A stretch of 64,000 nucleotides of DNA from Schmidtea polychroa (lineage: Eukaryota), in contig CM097885.1 in NCBI GenBank assembly GCA_044892525.1, positions 20,276,001 through 20,340,000 of the forward strand, in the 5' to 3' direction. The notes under the pieces were generated by a model. That model was not told where the DNA came from, did not search any database, and worked only from the letters and a program-made list of their open reading frames with translations. Positions within the stretch are counted from its first letter, which is position 1. Each line of letters opens with the position of its first letter. Made by a program: the position numbers and the translations under genes. This document shows, one piece after another, positions 1 to 14,654 of this stretch.

Positions 1-681
1 GACAGCTTAAATGCAGTACTTTGACTTCTATTCGTAAATAATCTAAAATTTTAAACAAATTACCGACCTATGAAATAACATAGATATTGCCACTGCTGAT
101 GTTACTTCCGTAAACTTGTCTGCCTATGGATGTCCTAAGTCTAATTACCTATCAAATGATGATGAAAACCATACCTAACCAGATTATCCAAACAAACACC
201 AAAGTCCTAAATCCTTATTGACATTAGATACATCCTAAAATGACGTCCATAAGCCTAACTAATTTCACAAAAGCCTTTCAAATGAATAGTCTTCGATGAT
301 GTCCTGAAAGCCTAAATGGAGTGCAACCAAATATATCCCAACGGCCATGGCTTACCATGTTTATCCTGTTGACAGCCTAGTGGATTACAACCCCAATTAC
401 CACGTTCTAACGATTGAGCCTCGGATTATCGTTCATAGATTAAATAAGGGTTTTAGAATTTTAAGGGTGAGAATTTATCCCCTTCAGCCTTAACCGGCAT
501 GAGTGTTTATTAAAATAAAATTTGATTTGTTTTTTTTCGTTTCTGCGCATTTCGATATTTGTTTACTCATATATTTGATATATTTTTGCTCAGTGTATAC
601 TTCAAAGTTGTCCAAACACATTTTAAGGTTAGAGTAATTTGTTTACTTGTAAATAATTAGATCTTAATTTTTTTCCCAGTT

Positions 682-1100
682 TATGGAGAAATCGCCAATC
701 AAATTCCAGAAGGTACATATCAGGGATTTTGTACTTTTTGAGTTGCAACAATTGCTACCAAAACCATTTGCGATGCTTTTCCAAGTGTAATAGACGTTTG
801 TAAATGCCAAACGTGGTTTTATAAGTTCAAATCGGGTAATTTTGATCTTTACGACTTGTATCGATCAGGAAGGCCACTATCTAAGCAAATCCGTGTCAGG
901 CAATCGAGGAACCTTGATTTGCCATCCAAGAACATTGGTAAAGTAAGCAGAGCGGGTGTTTGGGGTCATGCATCACCTGTTCAAAGAAAACAAAGATAAC
1001 CAATCCACCACATGTAACTTAATGCTTCACCGACACAATACAGAAGCGTTTATGATCGCTTGATCACTAGGGATGAAAAATGAATCCTCTATAATGATCA
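682..1100 (+). pseudogene. Degraded mariner (Mos1/Hsmar-like) transposase fragment in AP-3 beta intron
   Basis: Hand translation gives TICDAFPSVIDVCKCQTWFYKFKSGNFDLYDLYRSGRP, then GKVSRAGVW..HHL and DRLITRDEK*ILYN, matching mariner HTH (WF..F..G...L.D..RSGRP), WVPHEL and ITGDEKW motifs; stops and frameshifts present. Confidence 0.8.
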
Positions 1101-1371
1101 ACGATGCAAAATCCGAATGAATCTCCACCCAAATATGAACGTTTGATTAAATTAGGAATGACCGAAATTTGATTGTTAATCAATAATTTCCAAAATTTCT
1201 GTATCATCGCCTCCTCCTTTTGTATAATTGTAGTTTATATAGATAAGTAAATATTTATTTATTTTACAGTAGTGTGCGAATTATTGTAAACACGAAATAA
1301 TGTATATGTTTTCTCAGTTATGTCGAAATTAGCAACCGCTTTGTTTTACTGTTTTACATTTAGTGAGTGAC

Positions 1372-2700
1372 AACGTATATCAGCACGAATTGAGTGGATC
1401 AATTATATATCAGCACGAATCGAGCGAATCAATTATATATCACTATGAATTGAGGGGATCAATGATATATCAGCACCAACAGAAGGGATCAATGATATAT
1501 CAGCACCAATAGCGGGGATCAATGATATATCAGCACCAATAGCGGGGATCAATGATATATCAGCACCAACAGAAGGGATCAATGATATATCAGCACCAAC
1601 AGAAGGGATCAATGATATATCAGCACCAACAGAAGGGATCAATGATATATCAGCACCAATAGAGGGGATCAATTATATACCATCACGAATAGAGGGGATC
1701 AATGATATATCAGCACCAATAGCGGGGATCAATGATATATCAGCACCAACAGAAGGGATCAATGATATATCAGCACCAACAGAAGGGATCAATGATATAT
1801 CAGCACCAATAGAGGGGATCAATTATATACCATCACGAATAGAGGGGATCAATGATATATCAGCACCAATAGCGGGGATCAATGATATATCAGCACCAAC
1901 AGAAGGGATCAATGATATATCAGCACCAACAGAAGGGATCAATGATATATCAGCACCAATAGAGGGGATCAATGATATATCAGCACCAATAGAGGGGATC
2001 AATGATATATCAGCACCAATAGAGGGGATCAATGATATATCAGCACCAATAGAGGGGATCAATGATATATCAGCACCAATAGAGGGGATCAATGATATAT
2101 CAGCACCAATAGCGGGGATCAATGATATATCAGCACGAATAGAGGGGATCAATGATATATCAGCACCAATAGAGGGGATCAATGATATATCAGCACCAAT
2201 AGAGGGGATCAATGATATATCAGCACGAATAGAGGGGATCAATGATATATCAGCACCAACAGAAGGGATCAATGATATATCAGCACCAACAGAAGGGATC
2301 AATGATATATCAGCACCAATAGAGGGGATCAATGATATATCAGCACCAATAGAGGGGATCAATGATATATCAGCACCAATAGAGGGGATCAATGATATAT
2401 CAGCACCAATAGAGGGGATCAATGATATATCAGCACCAACAGAGGGGATCAATGATATATCAGCACCAATAGAGGGGATCAATGATATATCAGCACCAAT
2501 AGAGGGGATCAATGATATATCAGCACCAATAGAGGGGATCAATGATATATCAGCACCAATAGAGGGGATCAATGATATATCAGCACCAATAGAGGGGATC
2601 AATGATATATCAGCACCAATAGAGGGGATCAATGATATATCAGCACCAATAGAGGGGATCAATGATATATAAGCACAAACATAAGAGATCAATGATATTT
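1372..2700. repeat. 30-bp minisatellite, ~44 copies (ATCAATGATATATCAGCACCAATAGAGGGG)
   Basis: Exact 30-nt period, visible as two units per 60-nt line; a few variant units (CCAACAGAAGGG, ATAGCGGGG). Confidence 0.98.
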
Positions 2701-2830
2701 AAACACTTATAAATAAACTGCTTAATAAAATAAAACAAATTTTAAATCATCCAATCAAATGGAAAATAGAATTAATTAAGTATATTTAAGAACAGAATCA
2801 TGATTTGAAATATTTTATAAAATGATTTAC

Positions 2831-3527
2831 CTGTACATTTTTGGAATAGCATGTGCTGCAATTTTCCTAACATATGGTGACATGTCATTAACTGATTCTC
2901 TGATTGCTAGCATCATAATCGGAACAATCATTGGCACTCGAATAGATGACAAAACTCGAAGAGCTGATCCACGAATCAATTGATTTGGATCCTATAATAT
3001 CAATTTAATTTTTTATTATTTGTTACATAATACTTTAAGAGCTCTTTGAAATGTTGATATAGATAAAAGAGCGAGATCCTGTTTCTCTTCAGCGTAACGA
3101 GTTAAATATGCATAGACCAGTTTTTTCACCTAAATAATTAAATCATGTAAAGAAAATTATAAATTTACTTCAGCGTTTTTAGAAACTACATTTTTGACAA
3201 CAGATGGAAATAAATCTGCGCAATCTTTTCCTTTAGCTACCATCTAAAACTCAAATAGCTTAAAGAATATTCTACAAAAATTTACTGTAATTATCCGTTT
3301 CATTGCATCAAGTTTTGCTGAATCTTTATTACTTTCCAGTAATACTTTTAAATCTTCATGTCTGAAAATCAATTTAAAAAATAAATTGTAAAATTTTATT
3401 ACTTTTTAGGATCGCTCATGAATAAGTTTCCAGCTTTGATAACATCACTACCAATATCGACATCTGAGGGATTACTGTTATTTGAATATTTATTGTATGC
3501 AGATTGTTGAAATCCATTCGAATTCAT
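2831..3527 (-). CDS. AP3B1: AP-3 complex subunit beta, exons 1-5 (3527-3403, 3361-3286, 3243-3169, 3129-3034, 2991-2831); gene continues beyond the left edge
   Basis: Spliced translation [112 protein letters not shown] matches the beta-3 adaptin N-terminus; GT-AG introns of 39-42 bp with consistent phases. Confidence 0.96.
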
Positions 3528-3655
3528 TTTTCCAATATTTGAAAAAATATGGAATTTACAATTTAAAAATAATAAAGTTTTTAAATAAATAAATTGGTTG
3601 TATTAAACAAATTGAAATGTTCTTAAATAAAAAATGTTTGTGAAAATTCTTAAGG

Positions 3656-3660
<5 letters not shown>

Positions 3661-3735
<75 letters not shown>
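3661..3735. repeat. (TA)n microsatellite
   Basis: Uninterrupted TA run. Confidence 0.98.
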
Positions 3736-3738
<3 letters not shown>

Positions 3739-3946
3739 TTGTAGAAATAATTTGAATTATTAATATTGAATAATACATTTCTTGTAAGTTGAAATAGCTG
3801 CGCAAATTCTTAATAAGTTATATGAAAGGACGTATACATACCCATGAAACGTCCTTTCATATAACTTATTAAGAATTTGTGGAGTTATTTCAACTTACAA
3901 GAAATGTCTTATTCAATATTAATAATTCAAAATATTTCTACAACTT
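3736..3946. repeat. Long inverted repeat (98-bp arms, 15-nt loop)
   Basis: 3736-3833 is the near-perfect reverse complement of 3849-3946. Confidence 0.93.
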
Positions 3947-5349
3947 TAAATGCATTTACTTAAAAACTGCTCTTAATACTGTTAGAGTGAAAACGATCTA
4001 AGAAAAATAAATCATTCTTAATTTACCATTAACTTTATTAATCTATCATGGTTTCACGTTCTGTTCAAACTGGAACTCAATTAGTGAACACCTCGCTTTG
4101 TACATCACTTTGTGTCAATTATTGGTTCTGCAAAAAGGCTAAGCAAATTGAAGCTGCATTTTCAAGTATTTTCCTTATCAATGATATTTATATTTCACTC
4201 TAAAATATTAGTATTTTTAACAATAATTTCTAACAATATTTCATTGAAATTAATGAAAATTATTAGATAACTGAAAATTACAAATAGAAACGCAATTCAA
4301 TGAAAGTAAACTGAAAATTGATTGGCAAAAACGATGCTACGCAAACTGAATCAATACAAAGGGATGTATTGGTGAATTACTATTGTTGGTACCAAATGGT
4401 AGCTTGCTGACAGAAATATTATTTTTACTAGGAAATGAATGTCAATCAATCTTAGATGCTAAAACGATTGTTGATTTAAGCCTTATTGTTCCCGTACGCA
4501 TCCTTCTGTGCATACGTTTTTACTTAATAAGGGCCTGAGAACTCTTTTTCATTGCCGTCCTCATTAGCAGATGGGTGATGATAGAACAGACTGTGGTAGC
4601 GAAACTGCTTGGTTTTGTCTACTGGTCACACTAATACTCCCCTCTTAGTCACTATACTCAGATCTAAATAAATATTGGGGGTGACTTCAATTTCCTTTAT
4701 TGTACTATATGCATTCAATCTGCTTTCAATCTTTGTCATCGAAATTTCAAATCAATCAATCGTTTCACTATTATTTTCAAAATTTTTAAAATTGGAGTAA
4801 CAAGGAAGTCTCATGCTCGTCAAAATGAATTGTCAAAATTCAATTTTTATTTAGAAATTTGAAAAATCTGATTTGAGTAATTTCTTTGAAAATCATGAAA
4901 TCAAAATGGACTAGAATATATTACAATAACTGGTTAAAAATTCTCATTATGGAAATATTTTTGAGAAATAACTCATCCCAAAACGGCTACTTGAATTCAT
5001 GCTAAATTAAATGTCATCGTGAGAAATAAGATGATAAAAAGTTTTACGAAAGACTACTTTTATCTGAAAATAATTTTAATTGGTTAGTTTGTTTCAAGAA
5101 ACGGGTTTCTTATTCACACAAGCAATTCTTGCGAATTGTGGGAGACACACAAAAGGATGTTATCAAAATGAATAATGTGGTGGGTTACTGATGATCAAAT
5201 ATTTTGCTCTTTAGTGCTGTTTCCAGCGTAACCCAAAATACAACATGTGTCTTTCCGCTTGGTACCCGTTGAGTAATCAACGTTGGTAATGTACCAAGGG
5301 TTTGAGTACTAGCAAAAGGTGAGCATGCTTAGCATACTATAATTGTCTA

Positions 5350-5950
5350 GCACCCACTGGGGTTCACGGACTGGCGATAGAAGGCTTGCGTCCTATTTTG
5401 TTCTGGTCCCTTCTCTATTTATAAATTCTATTTCCTCCTCTCGTTCATCTCATAATGCTACGGATTAACACAATACACTTGTTTACTATGTACACATCCT
5501 ATCATCACATCATGGCTTTCGTGCGGGAATATTGGCCTGGGGATCTCTTTTAAGTTTGTCGCACGCAGCCCTATCCAGACGATTCCTCCTAATCGAACCC
5601 ACTGGTAGCCACTTCTAGTAAATTACGACTAACTCTTCAGTGACTGGTTTGATATGTCCGGACAATTCTTAATCCACTAGTTCTAGTTGAGCTGGGTCTC
5701 GAATTTTTGTCGATTTACCTTCTCAACCGTCTTTCGCCCTGACCAGACATACTCACACGCATGCACCATCATCTGTATCCAGACACGCATCTAAATGTAA
5801 ATCGTGGTCTGATAAACTTTATTAATTAAATTGGAGTTAAAAATTTTGTTTGGCTACATCTGAATTCCTTCGAAGTGGTTGGGCATTGGTTTTACTATCC
5901 TGAGCACCTATCCTATAATGGCCCATGTTACTATACAAATTCCGAGGCGG
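5350..5950 (-). mobile_element. Possible decayed RTE-clade non-LTR retrotransposon 3' fragment
   Basis: Higher GC than flanks; the minus strand has remnants resembling YACETW (CATGCGTGTGAG..TGG) and an RTE-like C-terminus/tail; no open frame. Confidence 0.35.
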
Positions 5951-6715
5951 TTTATTTTAGTCTTTAAGTCCAAAAGAAAACTCCCCGACCGCTGAATTAA
6001 AAGCTAGTTTATTTCTACCAAAATTTCTCATCTCCTAATTTATTAATCACATTGAATTTCCTGATTTCTGCAAGCAACTTAATTCGATTATCTTTGATTT
6101 CATGTCTTCTTAATTCCAACTTTTTACTAATTAATTCCCAAATTATTCCACCAGATTTTAAGTACCCGTATACTGCAAGACTGGCGACTTTATTATAAAA
6201 TTTTATTTCATTTCATTTTACTCTGTAATTTTAAAGTAATTGTGTCTCTACCTTTCCAAATGTTGTTCATTAAGGTACTTTAGTTTTGAATTTGTTTAGT
6301 GACTTTTATATAAAAATTTATTCTGAAATTTAGATTTATTAGACTTTATGACCATTAAAATAAAAAAATCGCCAGTGCAATTTAAGTCTTACACTACAAA
6401 AATCTGATTTTTGTCCCTTTAATTTAATTCAAAGAAAAATAACAACAAAATAAATTAATTAAAAATTAGCCAAATACTTGTATTTGTTTTAACCGTCCAT
6501 TTGATCGTTAGTTATTTACCGCTTCATTAAATTAATTATGTGTACCTAATATTAACCAAAAAGAAATATTTATTTTCGCTGCCTGCTTCGATCATGATAA
6601 GGGAAAAACCTTGGCGTCGAACCTAGTTTCGCAATGCATGTTTATTCCCCAGTTGTTGTGGTCCTAAGCGGCGCGATCCGCTCTTCGTTCGCCTCGATTT
6701 TAGTATATTTTAGTG

Positions 6716-6898
6716 CAGGGGTTTCAAACTCAAACTGGCCTGATGGCCGCATTAGACTAGTTTTATGAGCCGGCTGGCCGCAACATAAATAATTGTTTTT
6801 CAGAACATGTGGAGTCTGAAACTCCGACGTTAATATTTATTTAATTAAAAACTCAACAAAACTAAAAAACATTTTTTTTATTATTAAGAATAATAATA

Positions 6899-6961
<63 letters not shown>

Positions 6962-7106
6962 TGTATAACGTCATATGTATAAATAAAAATAATTAAAAAG
7001 ATAAGTTTTAATTTATACAGCCAATTATGATTTTAATTGTTAAATAAGTTTGGTTAAATTACAAATCTATGTTTTTTCGTTGCGGGCCGCGTGCTTGAGA
7101 CCTCTG
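6716..7106. mobile_element. Non-autonomous hAT (Charlie-like) MITE
   Basis: Ends CAGGGGTTTCAAAC / GCTTGAGACCTCTG, subterminal GGCCGC motifs, perfect 8-bp TSD TTTTAGTG (6708-6715 and 7107-7114). Confidence 0.92.
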
Positions 7107-8219
7107 TTTTAGTGTAACAAATTTTATGATTTTTTTCAGACACAATATGGGTATTTGCTTTGCTCGCTTATAATCGGTTGTCACAAGCGTTTAATAGGCC
7201 TCCATATAACTTGAAGATGGATTGAATGCTCAACAAATTCAGAATTTGGCCTGTTAACAGATTCATGAATGCAGAAATATCTTGTCACGAAATATTTAAT
7301 GGCTAGTAAATCGTTTAGATATGAATGACATATCTCTCTTTTGGTATAATGCCTAATGTTTGGTAAACTTTTATTGACGTAAAGTGATTTTGTGGTTTAA
7401 TTTATGAGGTTTAATTAATTTTTTTCAGTGATTTTGTAGTTAAATTCATGATGTTTGATAACTTTTATTTATATGTAGCGATTTCGTAGTTTAATTTATG
7501 ATGTTTAGCAAATTTTTACAGTGATTTTGTAGTTTGATTCCTGGTTGACTGCAATCATTTGTGGGACCCGCTACTCAATTGTGGCGGTGACGTGTGCGGT
7601 GATTCGGGGTATTTAGCCTTTAGGAATAATGTTTTTCATCTTTTGATTGAAAAGCGAAGGGATCGTCGCGATGTTGGTCCTGTTCTTTTTCTTGATCAAA
7701 CAGGGATTTTTCGATAAAACGACGGTGATTGGCCGGTAAAATGATGTAAAGAAATTTTGTGATTGAAATTAATAAATTTAGTCTCTTTTTGATTTGAGTT
7801 GAAAATAAATCTAATAATTTTAATAAATTAATAAATTATTTTAATAAATTGCTTTAGTAAATTATTTTCATTCTATTACCTTAGAGGGGTTGTGGTCATT
7901 ATATAACATGGGGTCTTGAGGGGGAAGATTATCGTATTTTTATAAGGTGGTTTTATAAATCTGTATGTACATACACTCATCCACATATATATACATATAC
8001 ATATACACCCACACATATATACATATATGGATATAATTTAAATTAATAATATTGATGTCGTTTTCAGGGGGGGGTGTGTTACTAAAAATAGATTTTAGTG
8101 ATTTTCCGTAATTTCATTGGAAGATAGGGCCATTGAAACTAAATTTAGAGATAGGGGAATCCCAAAATCAATAATTTGTTTTATAATTTTATTTTCATGA
8201 AATAAAGATAATTATTTTA

Positions 8220-8448
<229 letters not shown>

Positions 8449-8519
8449 TGTAAATTTATATTTTTAAATGAAATATAATTTAACTGTCTATGAATATAAT
8501 ATAATTCAGTATACCTACG

Positions 8520-10100
<1,581 letters not shown>

Positions 10101-11703
10101 ACTTAAGAGAATCTAGTATATATATAACTTATATTAATAGTCCTAAGGTTTTTCTTATTGCTACTTCTTATTGTACTTGAAAGTCTATATTTTCCTTGGT
10201 TTTGATTTATGCTTTATGTTGAAATAATATTTATGCTTGCAAGTTATCCATGTGGCCTTGTTTTGGTTATGATGGAGAACAATTTTAATGTAGATCTATT
10301 TTGTGGATCACTATATCATATCTAGAGAAATTTATGCCTGTAAAATATCATTTCAACAACTTTTGAGTCGAATGAAAAGCACTTTTAGTGGAAAATTGTT
10401 TTTGTTATGAATCTATATATTGCAATTACATAACATTTGTCTTGACAATTTATCTTTTTATAGCTATTCAACTTAGTGTAGAATTATGTGAAGATGTTGC
10501 CCGAACTTATAAGTTATAGATATAATATTAGTAGTTTATAGATAAAGAGACTTTGTCAATATGTCTACGGGAATTTGCGCATACCAAGACCATTACGATA
10601 GAGAAATTTAGTTTGCATCAAAATAGGTTATTTTGTGGGCATCTATAGATATTAGTTCGCTTACCAGTGCGATTGAGATTATATTATCTTAGGTCCGACT
10701 CATCGCATAAACTTTAGGTTGCAGTATTCTTACAGGGAATAGTTCAGAATTTTTTAAGTCTTTAATTGCCTTAAAAATCTTTGCGCAGGGATCTCCCTGT
10801 TATTTTGAGTTAATTAGTTTCTTAGGTTCACCTCGACTTTATCGTTTGAGAGGGATTCGTTTAGAAATAACCAGCTACACTAACATGTTCTATTGTGTGA
10901 AATTTGAGTCAGGGGATATTCCCCGTTTATCAGTTCCTAATGTTGTGTGCAAAATAATATAATTTAAGTGTTAATTTAGATATGTAAGTTAACGAAAAGG
11001 TCAATTTAATTAAAATTTACCTACTTTCCCGACTACACTGAGTACGGTACGATAGGCCCTATTGTAATATGTATCCACAATTAGTTTCCCATAATTATTT
11101 CGTCCGCATAGTCCATGTGACTATGCCAACTACCAAGAAGGATTTATACGCCCTACTCATGGTTAAACACCAATAGTTCGTGGCGACCTCTGGTTAAGAT
11201 TATGTTTTTAGTGCATGTAGGGTCGAGGACCCGAAATCATTATGAACTGTGCATTCATAAATGATAAAGTGCATAGGTGCAGGGTTGGCTTGGATCTCGC
11301 TTCAAAATCATTGATAACCGACGATCTCATTCAAATCTATACCTCTATAATTAAATAAAAATAATGAAAACAAGGCTTCAATAATAATAATTTATAATTC
11401 ACAAATTTATAATTCAGAAAAATCAAAATCAAAAATTTGGCATAAGAGTAAGCATTAGCATTTTTTCCTTGAAAAGTGACGAAATGTGTTAGTTTATATA
11501 GCCTCTGTTTGACGTGTAAGTATACATGCGTGCATTGATGCAGTAAAACAAATTCAGATTATTTTAATTCTCAAACATTCGATTTTTAATTTTTATCGAT
11601 TTTGATGGCGATTTTTCAGTAAGGATTTTTGTTTTTATTTTTGGAATTTTGTTTTTGAATTATTTTTTATTAAATTTGCCTCCATGATGGATTTCAGCAT
11701 TTC

Positions 11704-13085
11704 AGTAGTATAATTGGAGCCCGCCCGGCCACATATACCCCCTCCCCCCCGGAAAAAATTTTTAGAACGATGCCACATATTTTTAGAACTATTACGTAAT
11801 CGATGCCTCATATTTTTAGAACTATTACATAATCGATGCCCCATATTTTTAGAACTATTACATAATTGATGCATCATATTTTTAGAACTAATACATAATC
11901 GATGCCTCGTATTTTTAGAACGATGCCACATATTATTCAAAATATTATTAGTGGCCTGGCGGGCTCATGGTTTTCGTTTGCCCAAAAGTTATCGTTCCCA
12001 TAATTCTACTTCATCGATCGATAGCTCATTTTAAAGCCCAGTGCAAGATCTATCTACTGATCTATAAATATTATTATCATCATTATTATTGGTATAGTTA
12101 TTAACAATTGATGACCACCATCTTTTCAAAGTTAAATTATTATTATTTTTCAAAATACTATTAATTGGCCCAGCGGGCTCACACTTTTTTCCATCCCAAT
12201 AATTAATGTTCCCGATAAACAGATTATATTGATCGATAGCTTATTTTAAAGCTCTGTGCAAGACCTTTCTAATGAGATATAGATTTCTATCATACGATGA
12301 CTCATCACATTTTTAGAACAAAGACAATGACTCATCATAATTTTAGAACGATGCCTAATATTTTTAGAACGATGCCACATATTTTTAGAACTACTACGTA
12401 ATCGATGCCTAATATTTTTAGAACGATGCCATATATTTTTAGAACTATTACATAATCGATGCCACATATTTTTAGAACGATGCCTAATATTTTTAGAACG
12501 ATGCCACATATTTTTAGAACTATTACGTAATCGATGCCTAATATTTTTAGAGCGATGCCTAATATTTTAGAATGATTACATCATATTTTTAGAATGATGC
12601 CTAATATTTTTAGAACGATGCCTCATATTTTTAGAATGATTACGTCATATTTTTAGAACGATGCCTCTTATTTTTAGAACTAATAATTTTGTTTTAATTA
12701 TCGATTACACAATAATTTAATTTTGTTTAAATCGTTGATTATATAATTTTGTTTAAATCATTGATTATATAAATTTTTTTAATTATCGAATACGTAATAA
12801 TATAATTTTGTTTAAATCGTTGATTATATATTATTTTTTTTTTAATTTTCAATATTTTCTTTTAAAATATTAACGCACCGTGGAAGTTGTTATTATTATA
12901 TACTCCGAGTTTATCCGACAAGATATTCTGTCCCCCTATGGGTACTGCTCACAAAGGTACTGCTCACCAGAGTACTACTCACACTCAACAAGTCACATAG
13001 GTACTGTTCACAAAGTTAGTACTAAAAATATTCAAGACAAAACTTTAACAAAGAAATTCTAAATATTATTCTTTAAATATACACT
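11704..13085 (+). repeat. Left terminal inverted repeat of element 1 with internal 21/33-bp tandem units (ATTTTTAGAACGATGCCACAT)
   Basis: Reverse complement of 25625-26892, matching from AGTAGT through CTTTAAATATACACT; differs by substitutions and repeat copy number. Confidence 0.96.
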
Positions 13086-13442
13086 AAAATTTATTAACAC
13101 ATTCACATTCATCATCTCCACAGTTCATAACATTTTCAACAACATGATCTATGCAATCCCTATATACGCACGGTTCAGTATCCGTAAATTCCTCCATAGG
13201 TTCATCAATTTCTTGAATGCTTTCCTCATCATCTTGAGTGTTTTCTTCATCTGTTTCATCAAATCCCGAATCTTCACTCTCTGCTACCCAGTCTATATTT
13301 AATGCGTTTGCAACAGATAATAAATCATCCATTTTCACACCAGATATTTCTGCTAATTTTTCCAATAAAAAGTTTATTATAAATTCTAAATATTAAATAA
13401 TTTGATAATTAACTAATCATATTAACCTTTTTCTGTAGTCAT
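13084..13442 (-). CDS. Small acidic, Cys-rich-tailed Polinton protein; exons 13442-13427 and 13385-13084
   Basis: ATG ACT ACA GAA AAA G|gt, 41-bp intron, ag|AA TTT joins in frame to the 93-aa TTG-started ORF; TATAAA on the minus strand ~35 bp upstream. Confidence 0.7.
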
Positions 13443-13545
13443 TATTAGTATTTTAAAACTATAGTATATATTTGTTTATAGAAAATATAGAATATAAGCG
13501 AAAACAAATATAACTAAATACATTTATTAAATACAACAACATTTA

Positions 13546-13965
13546 TTAAAATAACTGTGAAAGTCTAGCAGACATAATTTTCCAAATTGGAGAATACACA
13601 TCATTATTATCAACTTAATATCCTTGGATTGCAATTGTTATATACCAATTTTCGTTTTCTTTGAAACTGATTTCATCAAAGGAATCATAAAATTTTGCTG
13701 ATCGGTTGTTGAAAAATGCATTTTGATTGCATGATAGATTCGTATTCAACCTTTTGAAAATATCATCTATGGTTTTAATATCTAACATTGAAAGCGTGCC
13801 GGTTAAGAATTGAAATTGGGTAGGAATTAGCTTGATCGGTGACACCAATTTCATATTGATTTCTTCTTTTAAAAAATACATTTTATAGTTGTGGAACATT
13901 TGAACAGGTTGTACAAGTTCTGGAACTACTTTTGGTTTTTCTGTGCTTGAAATTTTCTTGGTCAT
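13546..13965 (-). pseudogene. Polinton accessory protein of unknown function with one internal in-frame stop
   Basis: 116-aa ATG-started ORF; the frame continues past TAA (13615-13617) as VDNNDVYSPIWKIMSARLSQLF*; TATA (~14000) and CCAAT (~14028) elements upstream. Confidence 0.6.
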
Positions 13966-14085
13966 TGTGAATTATGATTAAATTGAAATGGTGCAGGGTT
14001 TTTATACCTATGACTATTGTTTATCATCCAATCAGATTGCAGCATGTTTTTGTTTTAATTGAATTGATATTGCAATGATAAATAA

Positions 14086-14550
14086 TTAATTAAGTGATAA
14101 TAAAAAATCTAAAAATTCTTTTCCTTCAATTATTGATTTAATTTCAGATATGATATTATCAACTATACATTTGTAATCAATATTTTTTATTCCAAGAATT
14201 ACTATCTTACCACTAGCAAATATATTTACACACATAGGGTTATATTTTATATATCTCAAAGCTGGAAATAATTCTGGTTTATAAAAGCATGGTATTAATT
14301 TAGCTAATTTATTTAAATTACAAGAAAAAACTATATCAGAAGTTACGGTTATCGATTGTATTTCTAAATCATAAACATTATATTCACTAGCTTTGATTAT
14401 TTCATTACACCCCATAATTCTACATTTACCAGTTTTAAAATATATTATCGGATATTTATTACTTCTATTGATAAGTTGTTGTGGTTTCCCTATTGGAAAT
14501 ACCATTTTTGATACATCAGTTTTTGCCCTGTAATTTATATTTGAAAGCAT
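14086..14550 (-). CDS. TBP: TATA-box-binding-protein-like protein encoded inside the Polinton
   Basis: IQSITVTSDIVFSCNLNKLAK..FYKPELFPALRY..PMCVNIFASGKIVILGIK aligns with TBP repeat 2 (IQN.V.S.D..F.I.L..L, YEPELFPGL.Y, LIF.SGK.V.TGAK); SNINY and IIYFKTGKCRIMG resemble repeat 1. Intact 154-aa ATG ORF. Confidence 0.9.
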   Translation of the reverse strand: MLSNINYRAKTDVSKMVFPIGKPQQLINRSNKYPIIYFKTGKCRIMGCNEIIKASEYNVYDLEIQSITVTSDIVFSCNLNKLAKLIPCFYKPELFPALRYIKYNPMCVNIFASGKIVILGIKNIDYKCIVDNIISEIKSIIEGKEFLDFLLSLN

Positions 14551-14654
14551 TTTAATGAAATAATTATAAAAACTCTGATATATATAGGTATTTAAAAACA
14601 GAGTTCATTTAAATTAACAATATAAACAATAATTATATTGTTTAAATTTAAAAA

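Noticed and set aside
1433..2692. Long repeat-protein ORFs (ISLIPSIGAD)n
   Set aside because: Artefact of a stop-free 30-bp minisatellite in an intron; non-ATG starts and no splice support.
1372..2700. CRISPR-like appearance of the 30-bp array (also the 41-bp and 70-bp arrays)
   Set aside because: Head-to-tail repeats without unique spacers, no cas genes, eukaryotic context.
11635..12509. MWHRSKN-repeat ORFs, mirrored at 26155-26954
   Set aside because: Translations of 21/33-bp tandem units in the TIRs.
14086..14550. TBP-like ORF as the host TBP gene or a recent processed pseudogene
   Set aside because: Lies within the TIRs in a compact viral layout, and repeat 1 is far too divergent for the highly conserved host TBP while the frame remains intact.
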